DNA of 64,000 bases, taken from assembly GCA_002245135.1 (NCBI GenBank), contig NGBS01000331.1:1-64000 (forward strand), in the 5' to 3' direction. The translations under genes and the position numbers were made by a program. Source of the stretch: Proteromonas lacertae. Its lineage: Eukaryota. The notes under the pieces were generated by a model. The model made no database searches and was not told the DNA's origin. It saw only the letters and a program-made list of their open reading frames with translations. How positions within the stretch are numbered: position 1 is the stretch's first letter; each line of letters opens with the position of its first letter. Positions 47,080-58,408 of this stretch are shown here, piece by piece.

Positions 47080-47884
47080 ATGAGCAACTGGAAGATACTA
47101 TACAAAAACAGCTTCATTAATGATCCAAATCCGAGCATATATAAAATTTTATGTGAGAATTTTAAGACGATTACAGAACATGAGAAAGATTTGCAACGTT
47201 ATAGGTATATTATATTATTATATGTCTATAGCTGGAATGGTAACTTCAGTATAAGGCGTTTCAGAACATGGTACAAAAGATTCACAGAAATTGAAAAGAT
47301 TGATGCTCGACATGAAAGATTAAAAATGTCCAGAGTGTTGATGTCTGTCCTGCTATGTAATATCATGTATAAAGAGGATCTGGACAAAAGCATCGTATAT
47401 CCATTTAATATATATTTCAATTTTGAATCAATAGTATGATCGTATGCTTGACCATGCAATGGAGGACATGGTGGAACTGACTTGTATGTATATCATACAT
47501 TTCGGTGACAACGATTTAGCAAAATGCGAAAAAGAAGAAAACAAGAATTCGAAAGGAGATATAGTTTACAGAAGTACTGCTGAAAGTATAGTAAGTAGTA
47601 AAGTCTCTGTAGCACCGTTGTTTGATAATCTGGATGATGATGATTATAATGATGATGATGATGACAACAACAAGTTGTTAAAGGTGGTATCCACAAAAAG
47701 AAAGTGCAGTACATCTAAAACTCCAAGATTCAAAAGAAAGAAAATAAATCAAAAAAACATTTCAACCAAAAACCAAAAACAAGAAGATAGTACTACAGAG
47801 GAAGAAGATGATGATGATGATAATAACTTCTCACAATATATAGTTGATGATGATGAGGAGCCAGAGTACCAAAATGATTATTAA
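47080..47884 (+). CDS. Intron-containing viral hypothetical protein, acidic tail with NLS
   Basis: GT-AG introns 47205-47231 and 47395-47434 give a continuous frame; intron positions match the paralogue at 29258-30012. Confidence 0.8.
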
Positions 47885-48056
47885 TCTCTGGTCCTAATTG
47901 GTTCAAATGATAGATTGTGTTTGTGTGGGAGTGTTGTTTTCATAATTTACTTAATTAATTAGCATTATAACAAGTCTTATAAGAAATATCAATATTAGAA
48001 AAATAGATGCGTTTCGAGATTTGACTTGAACTCCATTTTTTTTTTTTTTTTATTAC

Positions 48057-48108
48057 ATAGGATGGTCACCATATGGTGTCATATCACACCATATGTTGAC
48101 CATCCTAT
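48057..48108. repeat. 52-bp hairpin next to the right TIR
   Basis: 23-bp arms with one mismatch and a 6-nt loop, preceded by a long T run. Confidence 0.85.
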
Positions 48109-48138
48109 TGAGATTGTTTTTATTGAATTATTTTTTGA

Positions 48139-48384
48139 AATTATATGTCATTCACTTTCTATAATTTGAACTAACAACATAAATAGATTCATCATAAGAT
48201 GAGGATTCAAATGGAATAATTATTTTTGTTTAAATTCAAACAGAAAAGCGAAAAATAATGTAAGCTTGAATTATGATTTGATTATGAAACGGACAAAAAA
48301 CACATAGGGGGAAATCAATACAAAAAATACAAAAATAATAGGGGTTTCAAATTGTACTCATTTCCCCCTTTCTTTCATTATTAT
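48139..48384. repeat. Right terminal inverted repeat
   Basis: Ends CTTTCATTATTAT, followed by TSD AGCTTG. Confidence 0.96.
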
Positions 48385-48515
48385 AGCTTGAACATGGTAT
48401 TGTTGATATAATTTCACAGATTTTCTTTAAATTTCTAAAGTATATCCCATATGATGCAAACCATATATTTGTAATACTTTCGTGAAAAAATGGAAGAAAG
48501 TGCAACATTGTGTGA

Positions 48516-49121
48516 TATTGCGCGCCAATATGAAAAATGCGCCTATATGAAATTAATGATTTTTATCAAAAACTGATATCTCCATAGTTCTTACAATGAC
48601 CTAAACTATATGAATATACCCTTATTTAGTGATATAAGCTCCTTTGTATGAATCTCATATTATGAAATTTAAAGTCAATTATCTAATGAATTTCTTTTTT
48701 TTTTTTCATGTTCTTTTTATGTAGAACACAAAAGCAAATAAACATAAACAAAATATATGAATATTATTGTGAATTAAATACCCCATCAGTAGTTATACTA
48801 AAAAAAAGAAAAAAAGATCAAGCCTCATTCAAGCCATTTTCTATTTTTTTAATATTCATTAATAAATAGTTGTATTTAATATCTATAATAATCTATGGAT
48901 ATATAATATTATTTATATGATTTATGAAAAAATTACAAAAAAAAAATTCTTTAGATAAATGACTTTAAATTTCATAATATGAGATTCATACAAAGGAGCT
49001 TATATCACTAAATAAGGGTATATTCATATAGTTTAGGTCATTGTAAGAACTATGGAGATATCAGTTTTTGATAAAAATCATTAATTTCATATAGGCGCAT
49101 TTTTCATATTGGCGCGCAATA
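48516..49121. mobile_element. Foldback MITE with ~190-bp TIRs
   Basis: TATTGCGCGCC... / ...GGCGCGCAATA; flanked by TGTGA on both sides (5-bp TSD). Confidence 0.85.
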
Positions 49122-49249
49122 TGTGACATTCTGTTTTCAAAAAAGTAAATTTCTATAATGAATCTCTGCGTAATTATTTTTATCTCCATGTTTGAATTTG
49201 TAGTTTATATTTAAATATTGACTTATCAATTATATAACTAAATCGCTGA

Positions 49250-50000
49250 TTCCAATTGTTTGGTAATTATAATCTTTATATTATCATTTTCGCTTAATTT
49301 CAAATATCTCTTCATTGATATAATGATGCAGTAATGCATTACTTAAAGAAGTGCTATCTCTGCTTAATTCTTGTGCATATGTTGATAGCTTGTTGGTAAT
49401 TTTCATTATTTCACTTATTTCTTCACAAGCTATCAACTATATTTTATAATACTGAAGAATATCATTATACTTATCGATCTCCATTATTTTTTTGGTGATT
49501 AAATTTACAACATGTTTCATAGTTGGATTGTTGTCAGTGCAATATTTCTTGTTTGTACCTTTTTTTGTAATGCACTTTCAACAAATACAATTCTTTACTT
49601 TTTTAACTGCAATGTTTATAATGCTATTTCCAAGTATATTTTTCCATTCATCCAATATTATTTTTAGCTTTTTTCTTCTCTCTATACTCTCATTTAACAT
49701 TTTCTTTGATTCCATTCTTTTAATATTTTTACTATTTTAGTTGATATTACAGCATAATCTTTGAACAAGCTTTTGAAAGATCACTCAGATAAATTGTTGA
49801 CTGTATTGCTGTGCTTGTGCAACTATAAATTATAATAATAATCTGGAATACTGTCTTGCATGTCTTTTTAATTAAGTAGCATGCTTGATGATAAACATCT
49901 TGTGCTTTTTGCATTCGACGATTTTATTTTTCTCTCTAGATCTTTCTAATATATTAACACGAGTTAATCAAACATTATTTCAACATTATTTTATAGTACA
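49250..50000 (-). pseudogene. Degraded hAT-type transposase
   Basis: Broken frame containing IILDEWKNILGNSIINIAV and CTDNNPTMK, resembling the hAT D.W and TDN..NM motifs; boundaries approximate. Confidence 0.55.
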
Positions 50001-50593
50001 AATTAGTGTAATGATAAGCATGTATCATGTGGAGTTCTGTTATGTAATGAGTGTTTGTAAATGTGGATATATTTCATTAAACTTAACAGAGTTCTTTAAA
50101 TGGTATAAGTAGGTTAAATATTATTCATAGATTTAGCAAATATGGTTTATATGGATTTTTGATAGATACTTTTTAGAATATACAAAAATGACTTGAGTAT
50201 AGTATGTAATACTTAATATTAAGCTTATTTAATGCTATTGCAGTATATTTTTATTAAAAAAGCAGAAACTTAAACTCAAAAATATAGGACAAAAAAGGAC
50301 GTGTTAAACTACTAAAGGACATGTGTAATCAACGAGAAGTTTTAGTGTATGAAAAGGACAAGGGACGGGACAAAACACAAAAGGACGTCCCGTTGCCGAA
50401 CTCAGCTTCCAGGAGTACCCGTAGGAGATCGTCTCATAGATAGGTATAGGTAGGTATAGGAAGGTATAGGAAGGTATAGGTAAGTATTGGTAGGTATAGA
50501 TAGATATAGAAATAGCTTAGAGGAGCTCCCGTAGGGAAGTAGACCCCGTTGAGAAGTAGACCCTGTTGGGAGGAATCCCGTAGGAACCTTACG

Positions 50594-50796
50594 TAAATGG
50601 GACTATGGGACATTGTCACAGAGTTCTAACGAGTGTTCTAGGAGTCCGTCCCCTTCTATATTCAGAGTTGACCTTTACGGGAGCTTCATCGATGCAATCG
50701 ATGAAGGCCCCGTAAAAGTCAACTCTGAATCTAGAATGGGACGGACTCCTAGAACACTCGTTAGAACTCTGTGACAATGTCCCATAGTCCCATTTA
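50594..50796. repeat. 203-bp near-perfect palindrome, GC-richer repeat family
   Basis: 100-bp arms and a 3-nt GCA loop; arm sequence recurs at ~54887-54935; adjacent AGGTAT-type tandem repeat at 50440-50510. Confidence 0.9.
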
Positions 50797-50809
50797 TATA
50801 CTATATATC

Positions 50810-51622
50810 TTACTATCTCTAAAAAACAAATATTAATGTAATTATAATAATAAATCTCTATTTCTGGATATTAATAATTTTTCTTCAATAAGTCTCTTAC
50901 TTTCTCAGTTTCTGAAAATAAATAAGCATTATAAAACTCTCTTAGAGGTATAATATATCCTAATTTGAAGCAAAACCTTCTAAATTCTGGTGAGTCTAAT
51001 ATTGTGGTACTGACTGCATTGAAGGTTATTAATTTAAATAGATCTTTGTTGAGAGAATCTGAATTGACTTTGGCTTTTACCATATGTAATAATCTGAATA
51101 TTTTATTTTAATCACGTTTTCCAAAACATTTTGAAGTAGTTAAAATGTTACTTCTCTAACATACAACAATTGAATAAAATCACAACTCTTTTGATGCGAT
51201 AGGGGTAATGTGATATCCCTATAGTTTCATATATTATAAAGTCTTATAAATATTGAGTAATTATACATCTAAATAATCTAAATCTTAAAAAATAAAGATT
51301 TACTTAGTCAAACCATCAAGCTTGATGTTTTTTCTTTTATTTTTTTATTCTATAATTAATTTAATATTATGTTAATAATATGTTATTGTGAGTCATCATT
51401 GAGAAATAGATCAAAATAATAGTAATATAAAATGTGCATCGACCGACTGTCAAATTTGATATTTGAAAGATGATGTATAAAACATTAATTTTGTATATAT
51501 GGTTAGATTATATGCTTCTTAACTCATGTTCAATAGGAGGTCAACTAATAGTTAGTATAAGGAAGGTAAAGGTCAAGCTAAAGATATAGGTTTTGACCTA
51601 TAGTTAAACCTATATTTTTTGA
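50810..51622 (-). mobile_element. Truncated, diverged third copy of the hAT element
   Basis: Aligns with 15461-16169 including the 70-aa ORF; both TIRs are missing. Confidence 0.85.
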
Positions 51623-51868
51623 AGCAAACTAAATACATATTTAGCTAATATAGACTAAAATACATTAGTTGAAATGATTAGAACAACTTAATGTTGATCA
51701 TAAGACATATAAAAAGAAAAAAGAAAATATTGAATCAAGCCTCACTCAAGCCTATATTTTACATTTCTCTTTTATATAGAAAGATGTAATAATTATTATA
51801 TTCTAATCATTTTAGCTAATGTATTTTAGTCTATATTTGCTAAAAATGCATATAGTTTGCTTCAAAAA
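51616..51868. mobile_element. Small foldback element
   Basis: ~68-bp imperfect IRs (TTTTTGAAGCAAACTA...); internal TCAAGCCTCA.TCAAGCC motif shared with 48516-49121. Confidence 0.7.
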
Positions 51869-53696
51869 TTTCTAGAAAACAAATGGCGCAAATATTCAAA
51901 CTATTTATATTATCAAAAAAGTATACTGCAGATATAGGCCATATAACAAAGTAAGTAATAAAAGTAACGATTTTTCATCAAGACAAGTAAGAATATACAT
52001 TTAGTTTGTTTTAAAAGTGTCTGGTAGACAAACGGCCAACTATGACAAACGGAGCACAACAATGATGATGATTATGGCAGAGATGGCAGTGATAGTGATG
52101 ATGAAGATAATGAAGTTTTATAAACCAATTTAATCATAACATAATCGATCCAGGTAACATATATAAGGCAGATACTTTTTCTACAATAGCTTATGTAAAG
52201 ATTAGTGAAGATGGAGTATATTACTTTCCTGTTTGTGATAGAGCATACAAACACTGGACTTTTTGGGAAGTAGATTATAAAGATAATGATCGAATTATCT
52301 ACAATATATAAGACAGCCTTTCAATATATGACAAAGATGAAAATTCTAGAGATGCAATAAGTACTAGAATAGCATACTTTTTTAGATCATATTATGAAGA
52401 AGAATATCATATTATTAAAACAGCAGTAAAACAAAATGAAAGAGATGTAATTATATGATATTCAAAAAGAACATTAACAAAGATAGCATTCAAAATATTT
52501 AAAGCTTCAATATTCAATACTTTATTCATGATATAAAAGATGCTATATCTAGATTGACAACAGAACAAAAAGCAAAGCGTTTTCTCCATTATGACAGAAA
52601 TAATACATTCCACAGATTTATGTAGACTTTAATCAGATTCATTTCCCTTAAAACTACACTTTTAGCTATATAACATTTTTTGTTTAATTAATAAAAATTA
52701 CAAAATTAAATAATATTTAAAAAGAATTTGTTTTCATTATAAAGCACAAGGATTATAAAGATGATACTTTGTATATGAGATACATATGTTTTGTTCTAGA
52801 AATATATTCATATGTAATAAATTAAATATAGAAACTAGAAATATTTGTGAATTATCTTTATAAATTTGTATTGTGTTTAATTTTTTTATCTCTATACATA
52901 GATCTGAAGTTTATTATTTAAATTTAGTAGTTAAATTTACAGTGAATTATTTATTTGTAGAGATTATCAAATTTTGAACAAAATTTAGGTGTAAAATTTT
53001 TAAGGAATTTAGTTTTATTTTTTCATTTATCTCATGAACCATTATGATTTATTTTCAGATATTTTATATTAACAATACATATAAGTAGTAGTAATGGATT
53101 ATATAATAATATTACTTATGTTAATCTAATAGTTGATATCGGCAAAAGTTATATATTATTATTAAGATAAAAATGATATTAGTTTTAAAAGTAATTATAT
53201 GATGAAAGCGTCTCAACGGCGCACAACATCTCCAAAAAATAGCTTCATATTCTTATCATCATCTGTTAATACTGTATCTGGATGAAAGTTATTCAGTGTT
53301 ATTTCTTTGAATGCATTGTTGATAATGTTTAATATTTGATCTTGAGTATGAAATCCTTCTAGTATTATAAAGCTTATGGTTTAGAGACTTAAGTAAAGAA
53401 TTCACAATAGATGAGAACAATTTATCTTTATTCTCATCATCATCATTCATTAGAAGTTTTAATAACAAAACTTTCAACAACAATTAAAGAAGATAATTAA
53501 TCTAAATGAACAAGTCAAGAAGATAATCCCATCTGAGACACTAAATAAAATCACATCATAAGTAATAAATAGTAATTATAATACACTTTATTCTCTAAAT
53601 AATAGAGAAAGTAATAGTAATAGCAATCCATCTCTTGATAGCATTAATAATGGTTATATGGTTATATGCTTATGAACAATCTTTAATTAAGGAAAT

Positions 53697-54677
53697 ATGT
53701 TTATGTATAAGAGAAAGTATCGTTTTTCATTAGTTATAATTAATATTATTATGTTATTATCAGTGATATATTTATATAACTTTATAACTGAAAACGAAAA
53801 TGATTATTTAAAATATATAGCTTATAAATCATCTAAGATTGAAACGGAATGGATTAATATACTTAAACATCATAAATATAATTACTATAAACAATATTGC
53901 AAATTCATATATCCCTTTACTAACAGATTAATATTATTAAACAATAGTATATCTAAATGTAAAGAATTAAAATATAGTAAATGCATTGGAGAGGATATGT
54001 CATACTTTTTATTCAAAAATAAATATGGCAGGTTGGTAAAAGAGTATATAGAACCTTTATTTGGCATTCTTAGAAACACATTTTCTCAGTGTTGTACTGG
54101 TAAAAAGGGTAATATACTTTCAAAAGATTATCTTTTACCTTCCTATTTATTTGCTTTGTATAAACCTATAGTATATATTGATGCTGGTGCTTCTACATTT
54201 AATGAAGAATATGGAGGATCGAGTCAGAGTTATTTTTACAATTTCTATAAAAAATATCCTTCAACAGAATTTAGAAAATGGTATTTGTGGGAGGCTGCTA
54301 AAATAAATATTACCAAAGCACTAAAAGAAATACCACATGATATTCTCAGAAAATATAATTACTTTAATAAACCAATTACAACAAATATTACATCAAATGA
54401 TAATCCACTTAATTTGATAAAGAAATATCAAAATCATTCATACATTATTTTTAAACTTGATGTTGATACTCCAGCTGTTGAAATTCCTATATTTAATCAT
54501 TTAATAAAATATAACAATATAATGCCAAATGAATTTTATTTTGAATATCATTTTTATGAGCCATATATGATGAAATGGTGGGGAAAAAAGGTAGATAGAA
54601 ATTGTTCATTGTATTGCGCAACAATGAAATTTCTTCACCTAAGAAAAAAAGGAATTAGAGCTCATGCATGGGTATAA
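53697..54677 (+). CDS. Signal-anchored FkbM-like SAM methyltransferase
   Basis: YIDAGAS, FKLDVDTPAVE, EFYFEYH, LRKKGIRAHAW; N-terminal TM. Confidence 0.7.
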   Translation: MFMYKRKYRFSLVIINIIMLLSVIYLYNFITENENDYLKYIAYKSSKIETEWINILKHHKYNYYKQYCKFIYPFTNRLILLNNSISKCKELKYSKCIGEDMSYFLFKNKYGRLVKEYIEPLFGILRNTFSQCCTGKKGNILSKDYLLPSYLFALYKPIVYIDAGASTFNEEYGGSSQSYFYNFYKKYPSTEFRKWYLWEAAKINITKALKEIPHDILRKYNYFNKPITTNITSNDNPLNLIKKYQNHSYIIFKLDVDTPAVEIPIFNHLIKYNNIMPNEFYFEYHFYEPYMMKWWGKKVDRNCSLYCATMKFLHLRKKGIRAHAWV

Positions 54678-54764
54678 TCACACTATTAAGCAAATTATTT
54701 AAACTTTTGCTATTTATTACTATAAATGTAATTTGCATATATAGAAGATAGCTAAAAGAAGCTA

Positions 54765-55140
54765 CCATTTGGCAACAAGTTAAGAATTGTAAATTCCCGG
54801 TTCTACGGTGAGTTTCAACGATTCTAATAAAAGCCTTACTGATTATGCCTCAAATGCAGCAATCATGGACAAGAACATCTACGATACCTAGAACACTCGT
54901 TAGAACTTTGACAATTGTACCATAGTCCCATTTACAGGACTCCTCTTACAGGACAATCTTCTACGGGTACTGCTGGAAGATATCTAGAAGTGTTAATTAC
55001 CTATACCTACCTATGAGACTATTTCCTACAACATGGACTCTCCTTGCAACGCTGGTGACCTTGTAAGGGCTTTTAATTGAACCTTGGAAACCAACTGGGG
55101 ACAGGGACTTTACAATTGTTAACTTGTTACCAATTGTTAA
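54765..55140. mobile_element. MITE-like element
   Basis: ~33-bp imperfect IRs (GGCAACAAGTTAAGAATTGTAAATTCCC / GGGACTTTACAATTGTTAACTTGTTACC); interior related to 50400-50800. Confidence 0.6.
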
Positions 55141-55200
55141 CAAGTTACCAATTGGTAAATCCAGGAGGCTTCGGCTAGAGATAATTTAGTAGAGAAGTTA

Positions 55201-55611
55201 ATGAAATCAATTGATGATACAAACAAAGATAATTATGAGTATGCAGAACATATTATAATATTTGATGATCTTAGTTTAGAGTTGAAAACAGCTAATATCA
55301 TACCAGTATTAATGAAAGAAAATAGACATTTAAAATCAAAAATTATAATTAGTAGTCAATATATTACTGATATAGTACCTTCAGCAAGATCACAAGTAGA
55401 TTATTGTTTAACATTTTATGGATTGAGTAATAGAAATTTGTTTGACTTATACAACTCATTGAATATATGGATACCTGAATATGAAACATTTAAAGAGTTA
55501 TATTTAGCTGTTACTAAGCCACAATATAACTTCTTATATATTGATAATGTTAAAAAAGTGTTTAGAGCTAACTTCAATATATTGATTGAAGACCATTCTG
55601 AAGTTTCTTGA
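55201..55611 (+). pseudogene. C-terminal half of an A32-type packaging ATPase
   Basis: IIFDD, NRHLKSKIIISSQY; clearly homologous to 35143-35985; Walker A is missing. Confidence 0.88.
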
Positions 55612-55645
55612 TGTTTTTATTGATTTTGTTATTTTATTGTTTATT

Positions 55646-56495
55646 AATACAAAAAATGTTTATTGGGGATAGACAAACTATTGATTTAAACATAGATCAA
55701 ACAAAATTAGCTAATGATATTGCTGATAAAATAAATCTAATTGATGAAGCTAAATTAGCAATAGATATTGCATCTAAAGTTGTTATACCACCTTCATCAA
55801 TAACACCAGAAGATAAAGTAGATATAACATCAAGTATAATAACTAGTGTAAATAGTAATACTACTAAAGAAGTAGATTCAAAAAAATTAGAATTAGAAGA
55901 ATATTTGAAATCAATAAAAGATATAATCAATAAACAAGTACTTGTACTATGTGATTCAATAAACAATACAGTTAATAGTATACCTCGAAATTTAGTACCA
56001 AAACCTTATTGTTTACATAAACAACATACTAGTTATACAGTGAAAAGAAGAATTAATGGTATATGGGATAGTGATGATAAAACATTTAAAATACCTACTA
56101 AAATAGAAATGTTTGAAAACTTTATGAAGATTAAATTATATGATGGTTTTACATGTAATTATGAAGGATGTGATGGTCATGAATTATATCTTGAACCTCA
56201 AAATTTTATAAAAGCTGAGCCTGGTAGAGAAGGTTTATTACCACAATACTATAATAAAGTATTACAAGTATACAGTGGGAAATCATTCCCTATAAGAGCT
56301 ACAAATGATAAAAATACATATCATACATTAACTAATAGACCATATTTTCAAATAAATCATATATTACAAAATGATAATAATCAACCTAATTTACATATAA
56401 TAGTAAATGGTTACCCTCAACAACCTTATTTAGCAATACCAAGGCAAACATCCTTCACAGACTATATAGATACAGGTGTTACAGATTTCTTTTAA
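55646..56495 (+). CDS. Putative fibre/spike-like virion protein
   Basis: Repeated KLA.DIA.K helical N-terminus, beta-rich C-terminus; follows the ATPase; start approximate. Confidence 0.5.
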
Positions 56496-56568
56496 TCTTT
56501 TTATTAAATTACGCATATTTTTAAACCCTGTCCCAAATCATTTTAAGATAGAGATTCGTTTTTAAAAT

Positions 56569-57051
56569 TTAGACTATGTTTATCGTAGTTTGATCATTGT
56601 TTCCTTTAACTTCTTCTTGTACTTCTTCTTCTTCCTCATCATCATCACTATCATCAAATATATAATTCTTCTTTACATAATGTTTCAGCTCAGGATTCTT
56701 CTTCAAATGAACACTTCCCATTCCTTCAGGTAGTGTTAACCACTCAATATACTTATCAAACACTGCAAAATAATGTCTATTTAATCCTCTTGGTTTTACT
56801 GATGGTTTAATATCGAAAAGCATCATGTAATATCTCTTATCACTATACTTTGTCCACATCTTTTGATGGCAAATAGCACAGAATTCATTATAAGACTTTA
56901 TCTCTTCCTTAGGTAATGGACTATATAAATCTGCACTTATGTTATGGTTAAAATATAAGTAAAACTTACAAGTTCCACATATACACTTATCTAAATAATC
57001 TTCATTATTTCTAAATGAACAAAAGAAAGCAAAGTTTACTGAAGCACACAT
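56569..57051 (-). CDS. Cys-rich (putative Zn-binding) protein
   Basis: CICGTC, CAICH, acidic tail. Confidence 0.65.
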   Translation of the reverse strand: MCASVNFAFFCSFRNNEDYLDKCICGTCKFYLYFNHNISADLYSPLPKEEIKSYNEFCAICHQKMWTKYSDKRYYMMLFDIKPSVKPRGLNRHYFAVFDKYIEWLTLPEGMGSVHLKKNPELKHYVKKNYIFDDSDDDEEEEEVQEEVKGNNDQTTINIV

Positions 57052-57321
57052 ATTTTATATTTTTTGATAAAAAATGGTTTTTCAAAAATGCCAGGAAAAT
57101 CAAAACTATTTCTTTTTTCTGTTTATAACAACAGTTTCTCGTCAGAATTTCGATTTAGTAAAAAATATAGAATATTGCAGATAATTCTTTAAATATATAT
57201 TTTTGACACTATTTAAATTCTTTTGAATGTTTTTAACTACACTATATAAATCCATAAATAATTTGATAAATGAAAAAATAACTAAAAATAGTAAGAACGT
57301 TTTCTGTAGCTTGGCCACCAC

Positions 57322-57581
57322 AATAATACTTTCTAATAATTGATGAGTTTTTTCAAAAGATGGATTTCCTTTTCTTTAATCTTGTTAACACACTCAAGGA
57401 ACATATTAGGTGTAATGCGCACAGTCTCATCTACATCAGAAATACCTAATCTTTGAATTAATTTCTCTTTACTCTCATCCCACCAACATCCATTTTTGAA
57501 TCTATATTCCAAGTCTAATCTATACTGTTCATCGACGTATTTGAGTATATATCTGATCTCACTATAAGTTAATTCCTTTTT
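57322..57581 (-). repeat. 260-bp near-identical copy of 32107-32367
   Basis: Direct repeat encoding KKELTYSEIRY...KIKEK. Confidence 0.93.
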
Positions 57582-57838
57582 ATCACCAAGACAAGAAGAA
57601 GTAAAGAAAGGAAGTGATAATAGTGGAGAAGATAAGAAGCGTAAAGTAGAGAATAGTTCCACTGCCGAGGGTCGACCAAAGGTAGATATTGCTTAAGTAG
57701 AAACACCTACAAGTTCTATCCCGGGGGTAGCTACAGTAGATCTAACTACATCACCTACTTGTATAATTAATTAACTTTTGGTTTAAAATTCATTTTTATA
57801 TTTCTATGCGTTTTTATATATAAATAATTTCACATAAA

Positions 57839-58228
57839 ATGTCATTTAATAATACACAATATTCAACTATGCTTAAAGATATGAATGATACATTAACAAG
57901 TCTAAAGCAAGAAGGTCTTATATTTTTTGTATGTATGTTATTATGGATTCTTTATAAAGTTAAAAAGATTGTAGTATGGTTATATCATAGATATTGTCCA
58001 GCAGAAATCACTGAGATATTAAATGAACCAGAACCTGCTGTTCAATTAGCATTAAGAAAATCTACTATTGTTTCTGCTATTCCATTTACTTTAACACCTG
58101 AAAATAGTAGAATAAATTCTAGAAATGTTAGTGATAATGAAGATGAAGAACCATCAGAAACAGAAATAGAAATTATTCCTATTAATAAACCTGAGATTAA
58201 AATTCAAAAACCAATCATAAATATTTAA
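57839..58228 (+). CDS. Small single-TM protein
   Basis: GLIFFVCMLLWILY hydrophobic segment. Confidence 0.7.
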   Translation: MSFNNTQYSTMLKDMNDTLTSLKQEGLIFFVCMLLWILYKVKKIVVWLYHRYCPAEITEILNEPEPAVQLALRKSTIVSAIPFTLTPENSRINSRNVSDNEDEEPSETEIEIIPINKPEIKIQKPIINI

Positions 58229-58408
58229 TTTTATATATAGTCTTTTTTTCGTATTTGATTTTGAAAGTTGTTTTATTGTTCCCCCTTAAAAAATTACATA
58301 AAGAAAAACCGTTTTTTTCATTCACACTTTTCTTACTCATTTTCAGTATTTTATTTTTTCATTTTTTTACTTTAATAGAAAATTAATTATTCAATTATTC
58401 AATCAAAA

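Larger units (their letters stand above)
28977..48384. mobile_element. Endogenous Polinton-like virus, fully delimited (19,408 bp)
   Basis: 246-bp TIRs; 6-bp TSD AGCTTG (28971-28976, 48385-48390); capsid, ATPase, protease and integrase genes inside. Confidence 0.95.

Noticed and set aside
50440..50800. CRISPR array or telomeric repeat
   Set aside because: No repeat-spacer periodicity; the tandem units are irregular and internal.
55097..56535. Short GGGACAGGG inverted repeat around the ATPase fragment and following gene
   Set aside because: Only ~10 bp and no TSD.
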